Part shown: in pieces, positions 38,912-50,321 of the stretch | Numbering within the stretch: the stretch's first letter is position 1 | How the letters are laid out: each line of letters begins with the position of its first letter | Source: Selaginella moellendorffii | Taxonomy: Eukaryota > Plantae > Lycopodiophyta | Length of the DNA: 64,000 nucleotides | NCBI RefSeq assembly: GCF_000143415.4 | Contig: NW_003314417.1 | Coordinates: 89,219-153,218, forward strand | Direction of reading: 5' to 3' | Translations under genes and position numbers: made by a program | Notes under the pieces: generated by a model | Databases searched by the model: none | What the model was told of the DNA's origin: nothing | Seen by the model: the letters and a program-made list of their open reading frames with translations, nothing else

Positions 38912-41599
38912 CTAAGGCAGAACCAAACAAGGTCGAACAGACTGAAGTGAAATCAATCCCTCAAGGAGTTCCCAAGTATAAACCAAAACCCCCACCGGTC
39001 TTCAAGGGAGTGAACGCCTATAAGGTGGTGGAAGATTGGTTTTACAATATAGAGGATTACTTCTGAGCGTTGTGGTTACCAAGCTCGAAGAAGGTCCCAT
39101 GTGTAAAACCATACTTGGTAGATAATGGCAAGTCATGATGGAGAATGACTGAGGCCAACGAAGGACCGGTGGCCTCTTGGGAAATGATGAAGGTGAGGAT
39201 CCACGTAATTTACATTCCTCTAAATACTACTCTGCACCTATGGGATGAGCTGAGTAGGCTGAAGTAGACCGGAACCATCCAAAAGTATATGAATGGGTTT
39301 ATGGCAAAGAGGATACTTGTCACGAATATGGGTGATATAGATGCATTCCATGCCTTTATATCACGCTTGCAAACCTAGGCTCACGGCGAGGTGATGTGTT
39401 GGAACCTGACCAATTACAAGGAAGCGTTAGATGCAGTGAAAGGGGAACACGATGGGGTCGAAGTCCACATCTACCAAAAGGGCCAAACCAAAAGGAACAT
39501 ATGGCAAAGGGAAATCCAAGAAAAGTTTCTCTATGAATGAGTCCTCAAGGTTCCAGAAAGGCAGATCCAGTGGTTAGCGATTAAGTACGTGGGGGAGTCA
39601 AGCAAAAAGAGATAAACCTACAGATAAGAAAGTCAAGCTTGCTAGCAGCATGGGAAACAACGTATGCTACAACTGTAGTGAAGCAGGACACTTTTCGAGG
39701 GAATGTCCTTACCCGAAGAAGGCCAAAGCCAATATGGCCATTAAGTCGGGCGAAATCCAAACTGAAGTACGTGATCCAGTCCCTAGCTCAATGTTACTCA
39801 TTATACAAGCAACTTTGGTAGAGAGTCATTTGCGACATCTACTAGCCCTCCGAGGGAAGTTTAGAGGTAGCTTTGTTAAGATCCTTATTAACATGGGTGC
39901 TTTGCATAATTTTGTGGTTGTAGACATAGTCCAACAAGCCGGACTAATGATGCAACGGCTGGGTGAACCAAGGACTATAGAGTTTGTTCAAGGTAGCCAA
40001 AGCACCAATGAGGTACTTTGACAAGCGAGAGTTGAAGTAGGGACATGGAAAATAGATATGGATTTCACCGTGTTGGAAATGGCGGGATTTGACATAATCT
40101 TCGGGATGGATTGGTTCAATTAGTTCGTAGTAGCCCTACATAGACAAGGTAAGAACCTTGTGGTACTAGCGAATGTCTGGGGAGAATGATCCAGGGTGGA
40201 AGCCCAGGATCTAAAGGTAATTTAATGTAAGGCCAAAGACTCTTGCTTAAACCTGGCATCCACAAGAGGACAACTCACTAAAGGAACCAAGGCAACATTT
40301 TTATGCTTACTCTTGGTGAAGAGTGACAAAAAGACAGGAACGGAAGAAGTACCTTTAGTGATCCAGCGGGTGTTGGACTAATTCCAAGATACCATGCCGG
40401 AGGAGCTACCATGAAGAGAGTGCTAAGATGGTGGTTCGCCCACCCTATCGTTTGAACGAAAAGGAACTCGAGGAGCTCAAGCACCAACTAGAAGAGTTGG
40501 TGGACAAAGGGTATGTTAGGCTGAGCAAGTCACTATATGGGGCGCTAGTGTTATTTGTGAAAAAGAAAGATGGATCTATGCACATATGCATAGACTACCG
40601 GTTGCTCAACAAGTATACAAAGAAGAACAAGTACCCTTTGCCAAGGATTGAGGACTTGTTCGATAGGTTGGGAAAGGCAAAATACTTCTTGAGGATTGAC
40701 TTAAGATCAGGATACTACCAAAGCAAGGTAGCAGAGGAAGATGTCGAGAAGACAACTTGTCGAACAAGGTATGGGAGCTTTGAGTTTCTAGTGATGCCCT
40801 TTAGACTGTGCAATGCACTAGCAATGTTTTCAGCATTAATGAACCACATCTTTATACCCTATCTAGATCACTTCATGATCGTCTATATTGACAACATCTT
40901 GATCTATAGTGAGACGCTAGAGGAGCATGCCAAACACTTGATGAAGGTGTTTAAGAAAGTAAGGGAACATAAGCTATATGCTAAAGAAAGCAAATGTGAC
41001 TTTGCTTAACAAGAGGTAAAGTTTCTCGGGCATGTGGTGGGCAAAGACAGGCTCAAGGTGGACCTTGAGAAGGTCCAAGCGATCCAGGAATGAGAGCGAC
41101 CATCAAATATACATAAGTTAAGGGCATTTTTGGGGCTATGCAACTACTACCGAAAGTTTATCAAACACTATTCGAGAGTAACCCTACTTTTAATGAACCA
41201 AACGGGTAAAGGGAAGATGGTATGGACAGTAGATTGTGAGGCGGCATTTGTCCACCTCAAAGGGAAGTTGAGGAAAACCTCTGTGTTGGCGTTAATCAGC
41301 TTTAGTAAGGACTTTGAGGTAGAAACGGATGTTTCAAACTTTGTGTTGGGTGTAGTTTTAAAGCAAGACAACCATCCAGTGGTGTTCTTCTTGAAGAAGT
41401 TAGACAAGGCTCAAAAAAGTGGCCTGCCCACGAGAAGGAATTATTTGCGGTGGTCAAGGCACTCAAGGAGTGGTGATACTACCTTGGGAGGCACTTCAAA
41501 GTTTACATAGATAATGTGTCAACGAAACAATTCTTGTCACAACCTGACCTAAGAGGGAAACAAGGTCGATGGGCTAATGCTTTGGCTGAGTTTGATTGT

Positions 41600-42250
41600 T
41601 GTGAGACACAAAATCCCTAGGCCCCAAAGTGGAGCTAGAAGGGTGCCACGTGGTAGTGGCCGAAGCGAAAGCCAAGCGAGCGTAACACGTTTGGACCAAA
41701 AGCTCCGACTTGAAAAGTCAAGAGCGGGAGTGGAACTCCTAACGAAGTGCTCGAGGAACGAGCACGAAGCGAGCAAAAGGCGAGGCTCCAAAAAGGGACC
41801 CAAAAGGGCCAACACATGACACGTGGGAGTGTCCGAGGTGGACTCCGAAGTGGAGTCCGAGATGGACCCGAGTTGGAGTCCGAAGTGGAGTCCGAGATAG
41901 ACCCGAGTTGGAGTCCGAAGTAGAGTCCGAGATGGACCCGAGTTGGAGTCTGAAGTGGAGTCCGAGAAGGACCCGAGATGGAGTCCGAGAAGGAGTCCGA
42001 AGTGGAGTCCGAGGTGGACCCAAGATGGACCCGAGTTGGAGTCCGAAGTGGAGTCCGAGATGGACCCAAGATGGAGTCCGAGATGAAGTCCGAGATGGAG
42101 TCTAAGGTGGACCCGAGATGGACTCGAAATGGAGTCCGAGATGGAGTCCGAGATGGACCCGAGATGGAGTCCGAGATGGAGTCCAAGATGGACCCGAGAT
42201 GGACCCGAGATGGAGTCCGAGATGGAGTCCGAAGTCGAGACCGAGACCGG

Positions 42251-42282
<32 letters not shown>

Positions 42283-43386
42283 TCGGGACCGAGACCGAGA
42301 CCGAGGCCGAGGCCGAGACCGAGCCCGAGCCCGAGTCCGAGTCCGAGTCCGAGTCCGAGTCCGAGTCCGAGTCCGAGTCCGGAGCCTGAGAGGGTGAAAG
42401 CCCAAAGCGTTCGTCTCCCAGACCCTGGGGGGTTTGGTGAGCTCCAAAAGTATAGTAGGGGGAGGACTGCAGTGGAGCCAGTTTGGCCAGGAAAGGCCAG
42501 TTTGGCCCAGGAAGGCCAGACCCAGTGTTGGGTGATGAGCTGCCCACTGGGAAGTCCAAGACTAGAGTGAACACAAGCCGACAAGCGGGGTAACTTGGTG
42601 AAGTGTTCAAGAGCCGGCTCTAGTTCCCCTGGGAGATCGACTGGCCGATGCTCCCAGTCCAAGTGTGGGTGGCACTACCTACTTGGATACCTGTCGTGGC
42701 TCAACGGAACCTCGCTCTAAGCCCATTGGCTAGAGCACCTAAAGGCGAAAGTCAGGGAGAGTACCCATGAGGCTTGCGTAAGGCCACGGTGTTCCGAAAT
42801 GTTGTCCCAAAGTCCCAAACGGTGAAAGGGAAGAGGAGTAGGCCTCTAATGCAGTGACCAAGGATACGGTCACATGGTGAGGAAGTCCCAGAGGACCGTG
42901 GGACTTAGTGGTCGGGCCTGTGGGTCTCGATCCAGTGGCAGTGTTGGCAAACACGGCCAGGGGCAGAAAGGGACTTAGTGGGGACTGACAGAGGGATATT
43001 GGGGAAGGCTATTCCCCTTGTCGGTGGGCATCTTAAGGATGCTAAGGAGTGGATCTGAGATGACCACTCACGGATGGTTTGCCTAGTGTTGGAGAGCCAA
43101 GACGGTGATGCAAGTGGTATTGGACTACCAGTGTGGCAAAGGTGATTGGGCATGGCCTTAGCGTAACGGGCTGCTATGTCGGTGGTACCTTTGAGTGTCG
43201 GTCATGGGATCGGACACGTGGAGCACTTGGACCAAGTGCAAATGTTGAGTGGCATGGATGCCATTCTCGGGGCTAGCAAGTCCCAAGTCCTGGATTGGAC
43301 TTATGGAGGTTGTGAATGAGACTCCTCCAAGTGGTCAGAGGTGTGGTTAAGTGACTAAAGTAGAATGGAAAATTTAGTCGCTTACA
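41600..43386 (+). mobile_element. Solo LTR of family X (1787 bp) inserted at the end of RNase H of Z
   Basis: TG...CA termini and TSD ATTGT (41595-41599 / 43387-43391). Removing it restores WANALAEFDC-EIQDKIGKSKIVADALSRK. Hexamer/12-mer array at ~41827-42380. Confidence 0.95.
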
Positions 43387-45694
43387 ATTGTGAGATTCAG
43401 GATAAAATTGGGAAGAGCAAGATTGTGGCAGATGCTCTAAGTCGAAAAGCAAGCTTAAAGTTGGTGATATCTAGTGTGACAACAACCTTTTGGGATGATA
43501 TGCAGACATTGTATGAGAACAATGGTCTAGCACAAGAAGTGTTGTTGAGTTGTAATACACGACAGAGTGCCCAAGACAATGGGCTTACTCAAGAGGAAGT
43601 ATAACTAGCCAAATATGGCTAAGGACGTCCAAGACTATGTAAAGACATATCCAACATGTCAACAGGTCAAAGTTGTGACTAAAGCTAGCAAGGGCTTACT
43701 ACAAAGCATCCCAATTCCATATTGTCTGTAGAAATGTCTTACGATGGACTTCATCATAGGACTCCCCCCCAGTGAAGGGTTCGATGCGATATTCATGGTG
43801 GTGGATTAATTTTTGAAGATGGCACATTTCATACCCACCACAACGGAAGTAGATGTGGAAGGTGTGGCAAAGTTGTTCTTCGAACAAGTGGTTCAAGTGC
43901 GGGGAAGGCTAGAATAGATCATCTCAAATCGAGATAAGATCTTCACCAGTAGGTTCTGGAAAACTCTCCTAGAACAGTATCGCACCAAGTTGAAATTCAG
44001 CACAGCCTATCACCCACAGAAAGGTATTGGGTATTAAGTCAAGTTTGATGGCACTAACACTTGATAGACGGACAAACATAATAGGCAGCTGGAGATATAA
44101 GCAGCTAGAGAATTATTTGCGATGCTATGTCTCGAGAGACCAGACCGATTGGGTAAGTCATTTGGGCTTGCAAAAATGTGTTATAACAACTCACCACACT
44201 CGAGTATCAGGGTGAGTCCATGGGAAGTCATCAATGAGCAAGCTATTGAAGGTCATGTGGAACTCGGCATGGCCGGGTATCATGGAGAGTTACCTACAGT
44301 GGAGGTATTCACGGCGAAAAGGCTCAACATTTGGAATTTAGTGAGGGATTCTTCGAAACGGGCTCAACAAAGGCAAACCAAGTATGCAAACCATAAGCGT
44401 TGGGACGTAGAGTTCCAACCTAGGGAGAAAGTGTGGCTGAACACCAAGAACCTAAGGCTACCAAGTGGGATCAACCGAAAGTTGACCCAAAGGTAAAAAT
44501 GCATATATTCTTGGAAATGAACTAATCTTGAGTTCTTTAAGCAGATTTGTGGGGCCTTACAAGATTGAGGCACTAATTGGTAAAGTGGCTTACCGCCTCC
44601 GACTTCCTCGAGAGTCGCTTTGGGCTTTCACCCCAAGCCTCCCTTAGTATAAAGAGTTAGTTGTAAGGAACCAACTCCCCGAGGTGTAGTAGGTTAAAGG
44701 ATCCCTGAAAGCACGGCCGAAATGATAAAGAGTTCATTGGATGTAACCGAGTCTAAGATCAAGTCCAAGACCGACTTTGAGACTGAGTGGGGGGGGGGGG
44801 GGGGGGGTAGAGGTACCCATACCAGGCCGTTAGGCCACGGTGTTTCCCTCTGGTGTCCCGAAGCAAGTGTTATATCCAAGGCTTGGGATTTAGAGGGTCC
44901 CATGATCAAGCTTTGCTATACCAAGGGATGTTAGGAACCTAGAGGATTGGTGTGCTTGGCTGTTTGTGCCTGCGGGAATTGTAGTTAAACCTTAAGTCCA
45001 GTCTAACCCGAGGAGGGGGATTGAGGGAGATTTGGGAATCTATGGATGAATGGCTAATGCTCCATTACTTGTGCAATGAGTAGCTAAAACCCAAATAGGA
45101 GATAGTACAATAAATGGGAACTTTGGTGAGGGAATTTAACAAAGGCCAAGGTGGTGTTGGTCGGATAAACAAGGTAAGCTGGCAAATTGGAAAGGAAAAA
45201 CTTGTGGCTTACATTAGTCTCTGGGACAAACTCGAAACCTACTACATATGGAATGTCTCTAGATTATGAATTTGGACACGAGACAAACACCATTGTGTTC
45301 AGAATAATCTTTACATACCGTAGATATGCCAAATGAGCAAATCTAGATGCTTTCCATAAATAGCATTTCGGACCGAATTGAGACTAACACAAAGGGCATG
45401 ATAGCAAGGGTGTTTGGCAGACATGGTAAGCTATCATTCAGCGTTATTGACGGACTAGTCTCAATATGTGAGGGTTCTTGTCACTAGCCAGTGTAAGACA
45501 CAACGAGACAAGAACTCCTTACCAGGCTAAGTATACTTAGCTAATAGCACATAGGAATTTCGTCCTTATGCTCTTCCAGTCTAAGAACACTCGAAATGCC
45601 CAGTTAACTCCACTAGCACAAGAGGGACTGATAAAGGGTCTAGCAATACCTGAACATGTAACTTTCAATACCTGAGGTCATATTTGTGACAATG

Positions 45695-46302
45695 TGTAAA
45701 CTCCTGAGTTTGAACTTCCCGGGAGGTCATCTATTCAAACCTAAGGACACTTAACCCCAAATATCCCAAGACACTTAACCGATTGGAAAAGGGGGTGCAC
45801 TCTTGTTCATGGGTCCGGGGGTGCACTCTTGTTCATGGGCCCTTTCCCTCTATATTTGAACCACATGGATCGTCTCTCAAGTCATTCTCTTTGGTTACTT
45901 ACAATCCATCACGTTTCCCTGCAAGTTCACACCCTCGTGAACAGAAGCTGAGAGCCACAACTCTCCTGAGAGCCCCGCTCTCTTGACACCCTACCCCTCA
46001 AATCGAGCCCAGCGGGAGTAAACTAGACCAACCAGATGTCAATCAGCATGTGGTATGATTCCCCTAGCTAACCAACAGAGTCGGACTCGAAACCTCTCTG
46101 ATACCAAATGTAAGCTCCTGAGTTTGGACTTCCCAAGAGGTCACCAAGCCTAGTACTATTCAAACCCAAGGACGCTTAACCCTAAATATCCTAAGACCCT
46201 TAACCGATTGAAAAAAGAGGTGCACTTTTGTTCATGGGCCCTTTCCCTTTATATTTGAACCACATGGATTGTATCTCAAGTCGTTCTCTTTGGTTGCTTA
46301 CA
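45695..46302 (-). mobile_element. Cassandra-type TRIM (608 bp) with a 5S rRNA-derived domain in the LTRs
   Basis: TSD CAATG (45690-45694 / 46303-46307). LTRs 45695-45903 and 46109-46302 (TG..CA). PBS tggtatcagag (rc 46096-46106). The rc of 46126-46180 resembles the 3' half of plant 5S rRNA. Confidence 0.9.
46126..46180 (-). promoter_or_regulatory. 5S rRNA-like Pol III internal control region (A box, intermediate element, C box) in the TRIM 5' LTR
   Basis: GTTAAGCGTCCTTGGGTTTGAATAGTACTAGGCTTGGTGACCTCTTGGGAAGTCC vs recalled angiosperm 5S GTTAAGCGTGCTTGGGCGAGAGTAGTACTAGGATGGGTGACCTCCTGGGAAGTCC: 47/55 identical, ungapped, by hand count. Confidence 0.85.
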
Positions 46303-46307
46303 CAATG

Positions 46308-49300
46308 CTTAAGCATATTGAGACACTCAAGGCTAGATGTGGTAGCGCTCCAAGTAAACCTTCCTTGGTAGATCAAACTCAGATTCCAACCTTTTCTAGT
46401 GATAGTGGTGTGGACAAGTGTCTCACTTGGCTAGCTATGTGAAGAAAGTCTTGGCTGCTAGGGAAACTCTGAATGTAAGGCTTTAATAGTTATTGTAGCA
46501 CATCTTATCTTTCTCTCCTTAAGCCAACTGGAAAAGGGGCAATTGCTTGATAAAAGAGCCTTTAGTGGCTATTTTATCCCTATTTATCCGCCAAGGTTCC
46601 AAGAATCCACGGTGACAGTATATCCAAATCTCATCCCATGATCATATGCGCTACACTCACCCCCCCTTTAGAGATGTCAATGTCCTCATTGACTATTGAC
46701 TAATAACCCCTATTGAGCCAAAGGGAACCAGCACCTCCATTTCTGCACTCAATCTACCAATCCTTCTATTGTGTAGACCAGCTATTCCATGTAAGGCAAT
46801 TAGTCATCCACCCGCACTGCAGTCCCATGGTGGATACCTTCGTTTAGGATGCTCCACAAGAGGAAGGACGTACATGTCCAATACATACAATTTTCAAATA
46901 TAGGGGTAGGAATATACCTTGCTCAAGGGTATATTATATTTTAGGTAGCCACTAATCAATAGGAATCGAACCCGTGCCATTTGCTCCGATACTAACTGTA
47001 GCGCACCTTATCTCTCTCCCCTTAAGCCAACTGGAAAAGGGGCAATTGCTTGATGAGAGAGCCCTTAGTGGCTATTTTATCCCTATTTATCCCCCAAGGT
47101 TCCAAGGATCCATAGTAACAGTATATCCAAATCTCATCCCATAATCACATGTGCTACAGTTATTCTAATAGTTTTGCATGATACGGGTCTTCAGTGGTGG
47201 AATTGGCTTGAGGAGTCTCTTGTTGCAGATAAAAAACCACTAGTGTATACCATAGATGAGTTTGAGGCTGCTTTCCATTTATGTTTTGCCCCTCACTATG
47301 ATGTGGAGAATGCTCGCACAGAACTTTAACATTTTTAGCAAGGGAAAATGATGTTCGGGGACTATATTGAGAAGCTTACTCACTTGATTAGCCATGTTCT
47401 AGCGAAGGATCTAGATCAAAACAAGTCTTACTTCATTGATAGCCTTCATAGTGAGAGCTCTTTGATGCGGCTCGTCGACTTGACAATAGCAAGCACAAGT
47501 CTCACAAGCATTCATGGAATCTTTCCGTTAAGAATCATCATGATGATTGTCGTGGACATAAAGATGGCAACAAGCATCACAAGTTGAAGTCTGTGATGAC
47601 TACTTCAGATGCAAAGGTGTCAAAAAAGTAGAAGTTCTTTGTGAAGAATTATAGACAGGGTTGTTATCATTGTGGCGAGCTTGGACACTACAAAGCTAAT
47701 TGTCCACAGCTGAAGAACAAGTAGCAGAGCAAAAAGAATGGCCAATCTACTATTGACAGTAAGTCAAATATTAAAAAGTTGCAAACTTTGTAACGTGAGG
47801 ATGATGGGGATGACCATTCCAGTTGGAGGAAGAGGCTTTTAATCATTGCTTGTCAACTCAACTGTGTGTGGAATAAGATGGAGCTCGATGATACTTGTGA
47901 ATCAGCTTTAATGTTGAAGGGCATGTTCTGTGGCAATCCATTGCGGATTTACTATATAGTGGGAATGATGGCAACTTTGTTTCGGCAAAGTTTGTTATAG
48001 AGCATAGCCTAGTAACACGCAAGTGCTGGTTGGCAAAACCACACTTGTGGAAACTTTCTATCTAGCAGATATCCATTGTGTGGATCTCATTTTTGGGATG
48101 CCATGGTTAGTGAAGGTGGATCCAAAGATAAAGTGGAGTATTAAACGTGTCTCATTGGAGTACAGTGGCGTTAAAGATGTGTGGTTTGGAGAAGGAATTC
48201 AACCTCCAGTTGTTATGCTCTCCGCTACATCTTTGAAGTGGGCTTGTTGTAATGGAAAAGCACTTTCAAGTTACTTATTATTTGTTTGTGACTTAGGGGA
48301 CTAAAGCACATGTGGGGGAGAAGCAACAGTATGGAATATACTTGACAAGTTTTCTGATATTTTTCCATCTGAACTTCCTCATGGGTTTCCTCCATTACAA
48401 GGTGTGGAGCATGGGATTACATTGGAGCTGGGGATGCAGTCAATTTACTGACATCGTTTTTGGTTAAGTTATACAGAGGAGTAAGAAGTTCAATGACAAG
48501 TTAAGAAGTTACTTGAGTTTGCATATATTCAGCCAATGAAGTTTCTATTTGGTGCTCTAGTCTTGCTTGTGAAAAAGAAAGATGGTTCAATAAATATGTG
48601 TATTAACTACCATGCCTTGAACAAGAAGACAGTGAAGGATAAAATGTTGATACTGCGTTCGGAGGATATTTTAGACAAGTTTGGTGAAACACAAATGTTT
48701 ACCAAAATTGAACTGAGGAGTGGATATCATCAGATTGCAATAGATGATGCATTTATCTCCAAGACGGCATTCAACACAAGCTTCGGACATTTTGAATTTA
48801 TAGTTATGCCCTTTTTTTTGACAAATGCACTAGCCATATTTACTCGGTTGATGACAAAGGTATTTGGGCATTATCTTCATGAGTTTGTGGAGATTTTCTT
48901 GGACAATATTCTTGTTTTCAGCAAGAATATGGAAAAGCACCAAGTGCATTTGCACAAAGTTCTTTTTTTACTCCGTTACAACAAACTTTATGCAAAGAAG
49001 AGCAAATGTGAATTTGCAAAGTCATAGGTGAAATATCTAGGCCATATTGTGATATTTAAGGGTGTCAAGACAGATCCAAGGAAGGTGGCTATGGTGGAGA
49101 ATTAGCCTACACCGACTACAGTGGTTGAGTTACACAGTTTCTTTAGTATAGCTAGTTATTACTAACATTTCCAGCATAAGTTTGCGGAGGTGGTTATTCC
49201 TTTGACATGGTTGTTGCGGAAGAACGTGTCATTTGAGTGGAAGAAGCCATAAGAGGAAAGTTTTGTGGCATTGAAATAGTTGTTGAGTAAGGCTCTAGTG

Positions 49301-50105
49301 CTGTGCATTGCTGATCCATCAAAACTTTATAAGGTGACATACGATGTGAGTGGTTATGCACTTGAGGAGTTTTCATGCAAGAGGGACAACCTATTGTATA
49401 TGAGAGTCGAACTTTGAATCCTGCAGAACAATACTTTCCACATATAAGCAAGAGTTACTCTTTATTGTTCATATCTTGTGGACATGATGGCACTATCTTT
49501 ATGATGTAGTGTTTGTGGTGTTGATGGATGACAAACCACTTGTGTATTTTATCACACATAAGAAGTTGAACACTATGCAAATTTGTTAGATGGTCAAACT
49601 CATAGAGTTTGGGGAGTTTCCTATTGAGCATCATCCGGGAAAATCAAATGTGGTGGTGGATGCTTTATCTTTTGTTTGTCATGTGATAGCGTTACAAACA
49701 CAATTTTGTCATCATTTGAGTAAGGTGGTCAGTGAATTTAGGCAATTGGTTGAGAGTGCTTAGGCTCAGGATGCTGAGGTGGCCTCTTTCCTAAACCAAA
49801 TAGAAGCCCCTTTCTCATTGGTAGATGAGATTCTCTATTATAATGGCCATGTATATTTGCCACAAGTGGATGCATTAATTACTTAAGTTTTATTCCATTA
49901 TCATGATCATCCAGAGGCCGGTCATTTTGGGGGGAAGAAGACGTATGAGTTGATTAAGCAAAATTTTTATTGGAGGAATATGAAGGCTGATATCCTCAAG
50001 TATTGTAAATCATGCGAGCTTTGTCAGTGGGTTAAGGTGCCACAAGAAAAGCTGGGGGGACTTTTGCAACCTTTACCTATTCCTCAGAACCGTTGGTGTA
50101 GTATC
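46308..50105 (+). mobile_element. Degenerate Ty3/Gypsy element W (gag-PR-RT-RH-partial INT), 5' LTR not found
   Basis: Zinc knuckle CYHCGELGHYKANC (~47661), DLIFGMPWL, RT (IELRSGYHQI, FLDNILVFS) and integrase HHCC (HDHPEAGHFG..CELC) cut off after PLPIPQNRW. Many stops. Confidence 0.88.
46494..47158 (-). mobile_element. TRIM family B, second copy, inserted in the gag region of W
   Basis: Reverse complement of 38226-38911. LTRs 46494-46655 and 46997-47158; perfect TSD GTTAT (46489-46493 / 47159-47163). Confidence 0.93.
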
Positions 50106-50116
50106 TCTAAGTAAAT

Positions 50117-50321
50117 AACTAAACCAATTTAACTATAAATGTTTCTCAAGATCCTCTCAACCTAGGCCAGACATGAAGTTATGGATTAAATTCCCCAGTG
50201 ATGTCTCAGTATCCCAGAAGTGACCTGGTATATATATCCCTACACTAGCTGGGATGAATGGTGGGTTTTGGATATCCATTTGCCAGTTGGTTAGAATACA
50301 AATTTGTTTATAGTTGAGTTG
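50117..50321 (+). mobile_element. Probable 3' LTR remnant of element W, completed by 53643-53645
   Basis: Non-coding, with a TATA-like tatatata at ~50229. Removing element V restores an end ...gagttgTCA. No partner LTR is available to confirm it. Confidence 0.4.

Larger units (their letters stand above)
37888..44612 (+). pseudogene. gag-pol of Gypsy element Z (stops and frameshifts)
   Basis: Zinc knuckle CYNCSEAGHFSREC (~39665), protease-like LINMGALHNFV, RT ([26 protein letters not shown]), RNase H (VETDVSNF) and integrase ([30 protein letters not shown]). Confidence 0.92.
27032..45213 (+). mobile_element. Degenerate Ty3/Gypsy LTR retrotransposon Z with nested insertions
   Basis: TSD TTAGT (27027-27031 / 45214-45218) and termini TGTAAG...CTTACA. 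The 5' LTR is 27032-27931 + 37365-37808, with PBS tggtatcggagc just after 37808. The right LTR is 44662-45213 with an internal deletion. gag-PR-RT-RH-INT order is Gypsy-type. Confidence 0.85.

Noticed and set aside
42384-42420. Possible hammerhead ribozyme (cctgagag-ggtgaaagcc-caaagcgttcgtc), as in retrozymes or Penelope elements
   Set aside because: The core lacks CUGANGA spacing and the G of GAAA after stem II. Other copies read ctaagag or ctgaggg. An Infernal hammerhead scan would settle it.
23408-42662. Many long ORFs rich in LGLG, SPSP, RDRD and ESE
   Set aside because: They are translations of stop-poor hexamer arrays inside LTRs. They are open in several frames on both strands and their frames are not conserved between copies.
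46126-46180. Genuine 5S rRNA gene
   Set aside because: Only the 3' half is present, it is embedded in an LTR, and there is no 5' domain or oligo-T terminator.
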